Below are positions 1-10,696 of a DNA stretch of 64,000 bases, in pieces. Below the pieces are notes generated by a model. The model was given only the letters and a program-made list of their open reading frames with translations. It ran no database searches and had not been told where the DNA came from. The position numbers and the translations under genes are program-made. This stretch comes from Paraphysomonas bandaiensis (Eukaryota > Protista > Chrysophyceae), in contig CBFFRP010000259.1 of NCBI GenBank assembly GCA_965644295.1, forward strand, positions 1 to 64,000. The letters run 5' to 3'. How positions within the stretch are numbered: position 1 is the first letter of the stretch; each line of letters starts with the position of its first letter.

Positions 1-620
1 ACACAAAGTCAAATCTATACAACTACCAATTCTCAGGATGTATACCTCTCCCGTCTAGTAAGAGTCTCCTCCACGTTTACATCACCCATATTTTTCAAAT
101 CTTTAGTTTTAAGCATTTTGTTCTGCTTTTTGGCATTAGGGTTCGCAACTTCGAATCCAGCTATAAGACCCTTAGGAGCCGAGTCTTCAACTACTGGCTC
201 CTCCTCTGCTTGCTGTACCAAACATGACAAAATATTAGGCATATCTATAACAGTGTAATATACAGTACATATAAAAGTTTCATATAAAATATAGAATGCC
301 ATACTAATGAGTGTATTACCTTTTTGGATTCTAATCGTGTGGCTCTCTCGAATTCAACTAATTCGTCAATATTCTCTCCCATATCCACATCATCACTATC
401 TTCATCATCTGATTCCGCTCGACGTTGAGCTCTATCATTTAATAAATATACATAATATTAGAATATATATAGTAATATGTATATATAACAGACTAACAGA
501 CCTCAAACGCTGAGCTTCTGATACTTGTTGCTCACGTAATTGTAGCTCTTCAATATTTGCTACAAATAATTTTCCTCTACCACCACCACCTCTTTTTCCT
601 TTTCCTCTACCTCTTCCCAT
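1..620 (-). CDS. PDAP1: 28 kDa heat- and acid-stable phosphoprotein (PP28/PDAP1-like), spliced, 3' end runs off the window
   Basis: Starts MGRGRGKGKRGGGG, followed by an acidic exon (~320-430) and then KGLIAGFEVANPNAKK...LTRRER, which matches the PP28 family GLIEIENPN...LSRRERE motifs. Exons are separated by AT-rich GT-AG introns. Confidence 0.8.
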
Positions 621-861
621 TATTTTATTGAATTCTATAAAATATAAATATACTTTATATTCACTAATTAATAGTTATATATATACATATGTATGTATAT
701 ACAGCAGGCTGTATGCATATAGCAGGCTCATATGCGATGCCTAGCCTATACATACGATAGAGTTTTTTTGAGGTGGAAAAATATCACTCATCTCCATCCA
801 GCAGGAATATTTGTAGTATATACATGACAAATACAAGAAAATACTGTCAACTGGAAGATAT

Positions 862-868
862 ATGTATG

Positions 869-902
<34 letters not shown>

Positions 903-975
903 TGTATGTATGTATGTATGTATGTATGTATGTATGTATGTATGTATGTATGTATGTATGTATGTATGTATGTAC
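862..975. repeat. (TATG)n microsatellite
   Basis: Directly visible tetranucleotide run. Confidence 0.98.
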
Positions 976-1009
976 TGTACGTTTCTGTCAACTTTTATCC
1001 ACGCACTCG

Positions 1010-1163
1010 TTTTTCCACAAAAACACTCTCTCCACACCCATTCCGACGACTCTCCAATTCTGACACGAGCATTCCACAAGCATTCCATTCTACCCCTGGT
1101 GGACTCAAATTATACCCACAACTCCATTACACTGTACAATATGTAACAATATGGCTGCAGCTC
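1010..1163 (+). repeat. Left 154-bp inverted repeat, containing the upstream region and ATGGCTGCAGCTC of the cargo ORF
   Basis: TTTTTCCACAAAAACACTC...GTAACAATATGGCTGCAGCTC; reverse complement at 4170-4323. Confidence 0.97.
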
Positions 1164-2692
1164 ATCACCACGATGGTGGCGATATATTCGTGTTTGCTCC
1201 TTCCGAGAATTTGGTGGCCGCTCACCTCCCATCACTCCGCGATGTTGTTCCAGAACACACCGTACTTCACGGTGGGCAGGAAAGGTTCAAATCGAACACA
1301 AGAAATCCACCACAAGATGGTGTGAGGTGTCCTGGGTGTCTTCATCATTATACCATCTGGAAGGGGTTCCTGAAACACGTGCGCGCAAAGAAAGATGTTC
1401 GACGGCTACCAATAACAAATGACGAAGAAAGGGACGACGTGTTCTACTGCAAAGCCGCAGAGATGAAAAAAGCAAGTAAAGATGATCGCTTGGAGTGCAC
1501 TCGTTGTCCTGTGTGCATGTCGAGTGCGGAGTTGCAAGCAGCATTAAGGCACGACTGCCCCATCAGCAACGCCACCACATTCATACCTCCAATGGGCAGG
1601 TGCAAGGGTTGTGATTTAATTGTTAAAGTGAAGTGTAGCTGTCCCGTATGCAATGTGGCGCCCCATAGTGTTGAGTTTAGGATTCAGCCTGATCCGTGGT
1701 CGGATTGTCCCTACCCTAAGTATCCACAGCATGCTGAAGTCATCTCGGAGTACGATAAGAAGCGGCGACAGATTTACATGAATGCACTGGCCGAGCAGAC
1801 TCGAATGAACAGCACTAGAGCGTCTTTTGAGGTCAATAACTTTGCTCTAATTCATTTGAATAAACTCCTGCAAGAGCCGGATGGATACATTGTGCTGTCA
1901 GAGTTGGAGCGCCAAGCACCTGGATTTCTTGAGCGTTGCGGGGCATCAGATGCAGTTATGTCCAGAGTTCGGGAAGAACACCAGAAAGACCAGACGGACC
2001 AACGATCTTTTTTACTTCATCCCCATGCCACCTACCGATTAGTTGAAACCATGAAGAATCTTGAGGCGGCCATTGATATGGATGTTCCGATTAAGTCTTT
2101 GATTGCAACCATTTCCCGACATAATGCTGTGCGCCTATTAACAGAGGAGCAACGAAAGGCACTGGACGATGCATCTGCGCGCGCGGTTGCTTCGGCTCCA
2201 CCGGAATATGTGGAGGGAGTTACAGACATTCCTAATGCAGACGATGGGTTGGCTGCCAAAAGACGCCGCATGGAGGAGAACGGTTGTGCTCCAACCAGTG
2301 CCCCTGAGCTGAGTGCAGTTGAACTCCAGGCCCGTGAGGAGACTGTGACTTTCCTGACATTCTTCAGACAACAGTTGTACGCTCACTTTGTTGCTTTAAA
2401 TATAGGAAGAGAGGCCCAGGTGTTATATGAGGACTGCAAAGAAACAATCGCACGGCTCCTCACCATCAGTGTCTCAGAAAACAAGCGGCTTGCGGACAGA
2501 ATTTTTTCCCTGCTACATCCAGTGTCGGCTCCACTGTCGCCAAATAACGCGTACAGTCACGATACAGAGATGGACTTGAAAGGTTGTGTGGCTGCTGTCA
2601 ATGCGGTGGTGGTTGTGTTGAGGCCTGATTTAGTTCATGATTTGAATGAGCTGAAGCTGGAGCCCACTTCAGATGGCACTTTCCCGGAGTAG
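1151..2692 (+). CDS. Uncharacterised 513-aa Cys-rich (putative zinc-binding) cargo protein
   Basis: Long intronless ORF with N-terminal CPGC..H, CTRCPVC, CKGC and CSCPVC clusters and a basic AKRRR patch (possible NLS). No family recognised. Confidence 0.75.
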   Translation: MAAAHHHDGGDIFVFAPSENLVAAHLPSLRDVVPEHTVLHGGQERFKSNTRNPPQDGVRCPGCLHHYTIWKGFLKHVRAKKDVRRLPITNDEERDDVFYCKAAEMKKASKDDRLECTRCPVCMSSAELQAALRHDCPISNATTFIPPMGRCKGCDLIVKVKCSCPVCNVAPHSVEFRIQPDPWSDCPYPKYPQHAEVISEYDKKRRQIYMNALAEQTRMNSTRASFEVNNFALIHLNKLLQEPDGYIVLSELERQAPGFLERCGASDAVMSRVREEHQKDQTDQRSFLLHPHATYRLVETMKNLEAAIDMDVPIKSLIATISRHNAVRLLTEEQRKALDDASARAVASAPPEYVEGVTDIPNADDGLAAKRRRMEENGCAPTSAPELSAVELQAREETVTFLTFFRQQLYAHFVALNIGREAQVLYEDCKETIARLLTISVSENKRLADRIFSLLHPVSAPLSPNNAYSHDTEMDLKGCVAAVNAVVVVLRPDLVHDLNELKLEPTSDGTFPE

Positions 2693-3225
2693 ACCCTTAG
2701 CATTGTGTCTTTTCTTTTTATAAATTAGTTTGTTTTCATATTATAGCCTGCTGATTCCAGATATAGCCTTTTATTATTATTGCTTTTCGCTGTTATTATT
2801 ATTCAATCGTTGTCAAGAAGTTTTATATAAATTTTATTATTGTTAATTAATGTATTAAGTATTAATCATATTATGTCATCACTAGAACTGTGTAATAATC
2901 ACACATTCACCCAAATTTTTAATGGGCTCATTTTGAGCCCAAATTACACAAGCTTACTCTCATCACTATTGCCGTGAGCACTACGCTTTCAATTTCGTAT
3001 GAAACTAGTAACATATCATATAATTACAATGTGAAAAGTGAAAAGCATTCCACCGACATATAGCTAATAATATTTTAAACAGATTAATATCATTTGCAAG
3101 GTATTGCAATATACTGTTCCAAATTACTTAAGAATAATAATTTAGAATAGTTAAGAATAAATAACCAGATTAATAAATACTAAGTGCAGCGCAGTCACAA
3201 CGTGCACTACAACCACATAGCACCC

Positions 3226-4182
3226 CTATGATTGTTCACCGCGGTAAGGTGTGTACGGATACGTCGGGACATAAAAGTGTGCAGCAGCCATATACTGTTT
3301 GACGTCAAACCTACTAATTGTATCCAAAGCCGTCCTTAACCAAAACTTTAATGAATTGGGCGTGACTTGTGGACTATGCTCTTGAAGAAACTTGTCCACA
3401 TAACTGAATACCCATTCCACTGGTGCAAAGGTAGGGGACGAAGCAGGACGAAACACAACATAATGTCCAGCATCCGTTAGAGCTTTGACCACAACTCCAA
3501 AATGAGCACTCAAGCGATCCATTGTAATGACACGTCTCCCAGTACCCTCAAGACTGGGAATTAACAGGTACACAACAAAGTGGTAGAATACCTCCGAAGT
3601 TGTGCCATGTGGATAAAATATGTTGTTGATCACACCTTTGCGAGCGTCGATAGCAACTAGCAATGAGTAGTGGGGCAGCATGCGGGCTTTGTTTCCAATA
3701 GAACTGCTTGAGGTGCTCCCAAGAGAGTGACCACAGACACGCCGTGAATTGGAAACGTAAAAGCCGCTTTCGTCTAGGTCCACAATGTCCCGATAATAAA
3801 CCCCAAGCACACCCGGTCGCAGTGAATGATCAGGCGGATTGACCCAAAATGCCACTCTATCATTCTCGTCAAGATACTTGGCGATGTACTTCATATGCTT
3901 TTTCTTGAAACCAAGTCGGAGGAGTGCTCTGCACACTGTGGATCGGCTCACAGTCACGTTGCAAACAATTCTCAGAAACTCTGCGCATTCAAGCAGAGTG
4001 GTATCCTTAAAACAACATTTGTACCAAAACAATACTGTATATTGATGCCTAGACAAACCATGTTGTGATATTCCTTCCTCTGCCTCAACAGGCTCATGCT
4101 CAACAAGTCTGTGATCAATTCGAAACACCGGATGATCATAAATGAAGTCTTCAGAAAGATCCAATACAGGAGCTGCAGCCAT
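3226..4182 (-). CDS. IS630/Tc1-family DDE transposase (DD33E)
   Basis: HTH-like TLLECAEFL...VSRSTVCRALLRLGF; catalytic motifs IVDLDESGF, VITMDRLSAH and PASSPTFAPVEWVF, with 33 residues between the second D and E. Confidence 0.92.
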   Translation of the reverse strand: MAAAPVLDLSEDFIYDHPVFRIDHRLVEHEPVEAEEGISQHGLSRHQYTVLFWYKCCFKDTTLLECAEFLRIVCNVTVSRSTVCRALLRLGFKKKHMKYIAKYLDENDRVAFWVNPPDHSLRPGVLGVYYRDIVDLDESGFYVSNSRRVCGHSLGSTSSSSIGNKARMLPHYSLLVAIDARKGVINNIFYPHGTTSEVFYHFVVYLLIPSLEGTGRRVITMDRLSAHFGVVVKALTDAGHYVVFRPASSPTFAPVEWVFSYVDKFLQEHSPQVTPNSLKFWLRTALDTISRFDVKQYMAAAHFYVPTYPYTPYRGEQS

Positions 4183-4323
4183 ATTGTTACATATTGTACA
4201 GTGTAATGGAGTTGTGGGTATAATTTGAGTCCACCAGGGGTAGAATGGAATGCTTGTGGAATGCTCGTGTCAGAATTGGAGAGTCGTCGGAATGGGTGTG
4301 GAGAGAGTGTTTTTGTGGAAAAA
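4170..4323 (-). repeat. Right 154-bp inverted repeat, containing the transposase start codon
   Basis: Exact reverse complement of 1010-1163. Confidence 0.97.
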
Positions 4324-4649
4324 TTATTTAGCCCGCACCGCAGGTGCGGGATCCCGCACCCTTGTTTTTACACAAAGGCCGCACAGCAAGTGCGCCCATC
4401 GAGTGATCCAATCAGCAGAGTGCATCATAGCATAGTGCATCATATCACATGCATCGAGTATATGTATATAGTAATATGACGAGGCAGCCATATGCAGCAG
4501 ATACACGTTAATGAGTGCTTGAATGATAGGTGATAACATGTTGCTACCATCTTATTTCATGAAACTGTGAGATGAGATATGCAGTTACTGGACGAGGTTT
4601 ATAAGGCTGTATGGAGAGGAACTGTGAAGGGCTGTATATTATGGTATGA

Positions 4650-5717
4650 AGTGATTTGATAAGACCCTTGCCTGTTGTTTCCTTTGTAACTCCAGGTACC
4701 TTCCCGATCATTTGTTTTAGTAGCTTAGAAACAAATTGACTAGCGCTTGATGTAGTCAATGCTAGATCTGGAAAGACGAAGTCACCGTTGAGATCTGCTG
4801 CAGTACAGGACATCCAGTACATTGAATAAGCGAAGAAAACACAAGTCTCTAGACAAGAGTAGTCGGGAAAAAAGTTCATTGTTTTGATAGAAGCCACCTT
4901 CAATTCTGTCCAATCAAACGTTAAGTATCCATCGCAGTGCCACATTGCATTATTATACGAAGCAAACATTGCTTCAGACACCCGACCAACAGCAGCAAAC
5001 GTGAAAACCAAATAGAGATTGTACAATGAATACTTCTTCACTTCTAAATAAAGTTTATTAGCATACAGTAAATCATAGATATGTGAAGTATGTCCACTTA
5101 CCGGAGAAATCAGATGCCCGATGTATAATGTATTCACCTATGCGCTTCATTAGTTCTTTCCCCACTGGACTTGTTTTCTCTGATATACGCACTCCTTGTG
5201 CGATACACCGCTTGATAATATGCTTTGATACTGCCGCTCTCACATCTTTGTACCACAGCTCATTGGAGCTGCTTAATAACTCATTTCTTTTAAATCGCTT
5301 CGTCAGCGCAGTCTTCGTGTCTGACAAATACTGCCAAGCAGTACCTAGGGTCAAAGGCTTCTTCGTTGTTCCATGGACGGCGTGATCGATCAAAAAGCCA
5401 CCGAAACATTGAAATAGTTCTACATTTATATCACTGTCTATGAGTTCCTTATACCTCTTCTTCCCGTCGAACCGCATCTCCAAGTACTTCGCAAACTGAG
5501 CTAACGCAGAGGAGTTACGATTTTTGGTTTCCCCATCACCGACTTTTCTAATGCCCCCTGTGGTAGTTGATTCCGTGGTAGTTGATTCCGTGGTAGTTGA
5601 TTCCGTGGTAGTTGATTCCGTGGTAGTTGATTCCATGCTACTATGATATGTTCTCGCTGTTATTATGTTCTGTATGTATGATACCATGCTGTGATGAGAG
5701 AGCTCCTCCTTCAACAC
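4650..5717 (-). pseudogene. Tyrosine recombinase of a Crypton-like element, spliced and apparently 3'-truncated
   Basis: Core-binding-like N-domain (ALAQFAKYL...LGTAWQYLSDTK), box I-like FAAVGRVSEA, then FVFPDL and TTGKGL. Similarity stops where the box II Arg and the catalytic Tyr region would be expected. Confidence 0.65.
5560..5634. repeat. 5 x 15-bp tandem repeat (GTGGTAGTTGATTCC) encoding ESTTT on the minus strand
   Basis: Directly visible. Confidence 0.95.
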
Positions 5718-5959
5718 CCACCTCCCTGGATCTATTACTCACCAGCAACACCATACATACCACTGGTCACTCATCATCACCACTTATATAGTTCCACACC
5801 ATTATGGTGCGGGCTTGAGTACGGTACCTTCCACATTTTACAGAAAAAAATAAATTGCCGCCATCCTTTAATCTGAGGGTGTGGGGAATAGTGAGTGGTG
5901 ATGATGAGTGAGAACTTTTCTCGTTTTTCTGGACTTGTCTGGTAGGATTCAGTGGTTCG

Positions 5960-6340
5960 AATTCTGACATGTGGGTGGCGCACGTCGGTCTACGACTGTA
6001 TATATAGTGCTTGCTGCTGGTGGACCCCTCTTCTTGCACTCCATATTACAGGATACTGTCTCAACTTCAGGCCATGTATGCTGGCATTCAAGAACTGCTC
6101 TGGCTTCGGGGGTTGTTGACCGAATGAGGACTTCGTTTACGCGATCCCACACAACTTTTCATGGATAGCCAGAGTGATAGTGACTCACATTGAGATCAAG
6201 TACCATTGGGTTCGTGAACACGTAGATCCTGATGGTCCATTTAACACTGCTATATTGTACCACGTTTGGACTGATGATCAGACTGCAGACATATTTACGA
6301 AATCCTTGTGTGGTGTGACTTATGAGAAACACTAGAAGAG
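5960..6340 (+). pseudogene. Degenerate Ty1/Copia RNase H fragment
   Basis: Frameshifted pieces RRSTTVYIVLAAGGP, AMYAGIQELLWLRG, LFMDSQS and HIEIKYHWVRE...DQTADIFTKSL parallel the RNase H of the intact Copia at 25901-26400. Confidence 0.85.
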
Positions 6341-6439
6341 TTGTCTTTCGATCCTTGCACCTCACATAATACTGCACTCAATTGCAAGTATATAGAATCT
6401 TCAGATCTCAACATACACGCCAGTATACATACTACATAC

Positions 6440-8145
6440 CAGGGATAGGGAACAATATATTGCAATACTATTGTTAGGTAGCGTTACATCAATAGTATTG
6501 ATGGATTTTTTAAACCGGCCCTACAATACTATTGCAATATATTGCAATATATTAGTATGACTAATCAGTAAGTAAACACATCCGTAGTTTTCATTTTTAG
6601 TACTTGCCATATTTTATAAGGTCTAAGAAACCCACTACTCTTAACTAATTAAAAGTTTCCTCATACTCATCCTCTGAGCCATCATCGGTGACATCATCAT
6701 CACCATATTCATTCAATATTGATTGAAATATGCTTGCATCCGGCCACAACTGTCGGTTAGCTTTCAGCTTTCAGAAACAACAGCATATTAAGTGTAGTAG
6801 GATGCATACGTTTGCGCAACACTAATATAATCAGTTTTGCTGCGCTGAACAGGCGTTCACACGTATTGGAAGTACATACTACATGACTCGTGCACCTGTA
6901 CTTAGATATTTCAACTTTCCGCTTCTTAAGTTTTTGAGCTGATTGAAGAATTTTTTCCGCATAGCCAACTTCAGCTTCATCATCCTCTGTATTGTTGCAA
7001 TAATCACTGTCTGAACGGAGATATATTCTAACAGCATCTTTCTCAGATCTTGTCAAGTCCAATTCTTCGCCTGCTTGGAGTTTTGCAATTCCATTATCGA
7101 AATTCGGATCATTAACAATGGGACTGTTTTTCTGTAAAGCAGATAGTGGATACTTTGGCCCAAAGTCCCTCAATAAGCCATCAAATATGTTCCGGCATTG
7201 ACTTGATCCTCCAGTTTGAAGCAATTTCGAGACGCTTTCAAACTTCCTCAGGTCGTCTACAAGGGCGATTATTTCGGTATTCTGTCGAGGAGTAGGAATC
7301 ATATCAGTAACTGCAAGCGGTAAGTCTTCAATTCTTAATACATGATCTTTTATACGCATCCACTTTACGAGAACCTGAAACATAGAAGACCATCTTGTGA
7401 CATTTACCCTTTCTGGTAGCAGACTGGTTTGGCCACGTAGCAATGCAGCATTCTTAATCTGCTTCAACTTCCCCATTAGTAGGTCTACTTTGCGAATAAG
7501 AGGCCTAATGCCTTCGTCAGATCTTGTCACATCTCCTTGGTTATTCCTCTTCTCTTTGCTGCCAATGAGTTCATTGACAGCGAGATTTAGTCGGTGAGAT
7601 GCACATCCAACTAGGGGTACACCTAATATATATTATAACATACGACAATTTCACACAAGTAATACGGTGTTACCAGAATCAGTAGCCAATTTTCTGTTTG
7701 TAGCACAGTTATCTCCAAGATAAAACTCAACAATGTCGCAAACATTGTCAGCGTTAACCTCAACTCCAAATTTATTGAGAACTTCTACGACAGTATCAAA
7801 CCAATCCGCAGCAGTGAATCCGTAGAATTTCTCTTCATCAGGTAGATCTTCATCGAAAACAGTGTTGTCATCAATATCCTCTTGCACATAAAAAATAGAA
7901 AATAATATCAAAAATAGGCATGTTTTCTTATTTTCCGGATATTTGTATACAGAGGCGTATATTTTGCACCATACAGTTAAGGATCTTTTCTTATATGCCT
8001 ATCATAATATTGATTGCAATATATTGCAATAGTATTGTGAGCTCTATTAACAGAAACACTATTGATGGAATATTTGACCAGTCCACCAATCAATATATTT
8101 TACAATATATTACAATATATTGCAATATATTGTTCCCTATCCCTG
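6440..8145 (-). mobile_element. hAT DNA transposon, internally deleted
   Basis: TIR CAGGGATAGGGAACAATATATTGCAATA at both ends; 8-bp TSD CTACATAC (6432-6439, 8146-8153); subterminal ATATTGCAATAT palindromes. Confidence 0.95.
6757..7890 (-). pseudogene. hAT transposase, C-terminal part
   Basis: GDNCATN, GCASHRLNLAV (CxxH), VTRWSS and the dimerisation motif TSNTCERLFSAAK...RKRMHPTTLNMLLFLK are present. The N-terminal region is missing. Confidence 0.88.
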
Positions 8146-8779
8146 CTACATACCATTCATTTTTCTTAGCGCTAATCAGGAAACTCGTACATCGGTGGGA
8201 CTCTCGCTGAGTACCTATAGGTACGTACCTATAGGTATACCTATAGGTACTTTTATAATTAAAATCGAAGGTACCTATTAGGTACCTCTGTCTACCTATA
8301 GGTACATTTTTGAGCAATAGGTGGTACCTAAAGGTTTTCGAATAGGTACCACCTATAGCTACCCAGTATACCTATAGGTACCCCCTAATACACGTACCTA
8401 TTCGTCTCCCTATAGGTGGTACCTATGACCTCTAGATTTCCTACTGATAGGTATCCCTATTTATATTAAAATGTACCTATAGGTACTGCCTACATGTATC
8501 AATACTACCTATAGGTACTACCTAAAAATATAATACCAATACTACCTATAGGTACTATAATTAGCAATAATAAACACAGTATAATATATATATTGCAAAG
8601 TAGAAAAAGCAAGCAATGCAGATCTGTAATCATGAATGAGTAGACAAACTATGTATTCAATTAATATAGACGGCATTAACATAGTTCGAAGTAAAAATTA
8701 ACGGCAATTACTACTTAGAACCTACAAAATACATACCACGACAAATTTGAACCACATCGTAAGCTAGCTCCCAATCACC

Positions 8780-10383
8780 TGCTAAGAAGTAGAAGCATTG
8801 TGCACTTCAGAAGCCTTCACCGCCAATCTGAAGTTAACAGGGAAGTATCGTCATTGACTGTATCGTCATTGTTCAGACTGTCGTCGTCCTTCTTCGACTT
8901 CCCCAACGTTTGAACCATACCCCAACGTTTGAACCATACTAACCTTTCATTCTTGAAAAAATTCAAATCACTGTCACTTATCACAAGCTCACGCCGGGAA
9001 TCCCGAATAGGATTCATACCGTCGGTCGCTCTGGAGCAAATTTCAGATGTCCATGCTTCTCGTGGAGGACCTAAAAGCATTTGTTGAGCCGTTGACTCAA
9101 CCATGATGCTAGTCTGGTCCATAAAGGCCTCAGGATCTTCATTTTCATCGAAATCGTAGGCTCCAATCATGATGCATACTGCCTCAATGGCAGTCTGCAT
9201 ATATGACCCCTTGTTGTCCACTTGATACTTTCGTGGACTAATACCTTTTCAACAGAATTACATCAATTGGCACAATATAATAAATACTTACCATTTTCCA
9301 ATACTTCGGCTAATTCCCGTCTAAATGATGCAGTCGCCCACAAAGGCTGTGTGGAGAACAGCTTGGCGTGACAACATCTAATCTTGGTCTTCAAATTACA
9401 CGACAATTTGCGAATATACTTCTTGACATACCTGCAATGATATTAGAAAAAAGTAAATAATATGAGCAGTATATACTTGCACGCCGAAAATGCAGACACC
9501 ACCTCACTTGCTAACAATTTTTCATCAGCTTGCAAAGCACCTTCTTTATAAGCGAGAGATAATGCCTACTAGTGTGTTATTCACAATAATAATATAATAG
9601 TAGCAGATGACTGGGCACTGTAAAATGCGATGCGGCACGATATATATATTATGCTGTACTGTATGATATGATATATATATAACGTAATGATACAATAATG
9701 AATGGTATAAAATATATGTTATACGATATATATCATACGATATCATAATATTTGATATGGTTGTTCAAAAAACACAAGAGGTATCTAATACAATGATAGA
9801 TATGAAATGTATAATATAACGGTGTACGATATGTTAATACATGATAAAAGGAGGATGGTATTTGATGATGTGAGGGTATACAATATATGATGATATGTGA
9901 TGCTATATGATTCAAGATATGTGGCAGAGAAAACAACATGAATAACCTTGTTATGAGGAGCTTGAGTTGCAACCCCTCCTTTGAAATCACCACCAAAATC
10001 AGCTGAATCAGTAGGTCGAAGTGCTCTTCCACTGAAACCACATCTCCTGTGTCCAGTTTAACAAAGAGACGTTCATACATCATCTCTTTGTGATAAGCAC
10101 GGAATCCTGGAAGAGTGGAGAGTTTTTCGGCGCTCTGGCGTCCAATGCACAGCTCATTCGTTGTGAGAACCGTCGCCAATATCCTGGACTGGACTTTCTT
10201 ATGCCTGAAAGTCGTGTACACTGTCGAGTTGGACGAAGAGTTACATGGAGGCATCCTGGCTTCTCGAGGTGAAGCATCTGACTGTTCGGCGGCGAAGTTG
10301 TCGTCCACGATGGATTGCTGTTGACAAGGCCTTTTCTGTGCCCTCGCAGACACAGCAGATGCAGTTCGTTTTCGCAGGGGCAT
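8780..10383 (-). CDS. Multi-exon accessory gene of the Plavaka element, function unknown (3' end approximate)
   Basis: Open exons MPLRKRTAS...LLITR, YVKKYIRKLSCNLKTK...EVLENG and ISPRKYQVDNKGSY...LLTSD, joined by GT-AG introns; lies inside the TIRs. Confidence 0.6.
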
Positions 10384-10696
10384 CTCAGAGTAAATTGTGG
10401 CATTAAGTCACCATGAATTCACATGTTTGAAATTCAAATATTCGCATACTCTCTGAATATATTCACATACTCACACTTCGCCTCTTTGCTTCTTTCTTTC
10501 ATATATGTAGTTATGTGATGCACTTCTTCGAAGTCAACTTCGAGAGAAGTCCAGGAAGTGTGTGCTATAATCGTGCACTCGTTTTTATATACTAGGAATT
10601 TCCTACTGTACGCACAGTACGGAGCAGAGTACAACACTGTAGTATACTGCTGTACCGTATAACAGATAGCAGTAGATACGATCGTAGCAGTATATT

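Larger units (their letters stand above)
1010..4323. mobile_element. Two-gene IS630/Tc1-mariner-type element bounded by 154-bp inverted repeats (true outer ends uncertain; left end may extend to ~976-980)
   Basis: 1010-1163 is the exact reverse complement of 4170-4323. The repeats enclose a DDE transposase ORF and a convergent 513-aa ORF. No TA TSD directly flanks the matching part. Confidence 0.8.

Noticed and set aside
741-1146. MYVC/HTYI-repeat ORFs (also at 41575-42062, 47647-48535 and 57568-58089)
   Set aside because: Translations of stop-free (TATG)n microsatellites, not genes.
1151-2692. Fanzor/TnpB as the cargo of the Tc1-type element
   Set aside because: No RuvC D-E-D motifs and no C-terminal zinc ribbon followed by an RDxNA-like motif; the Cys clusters are N-terminal.
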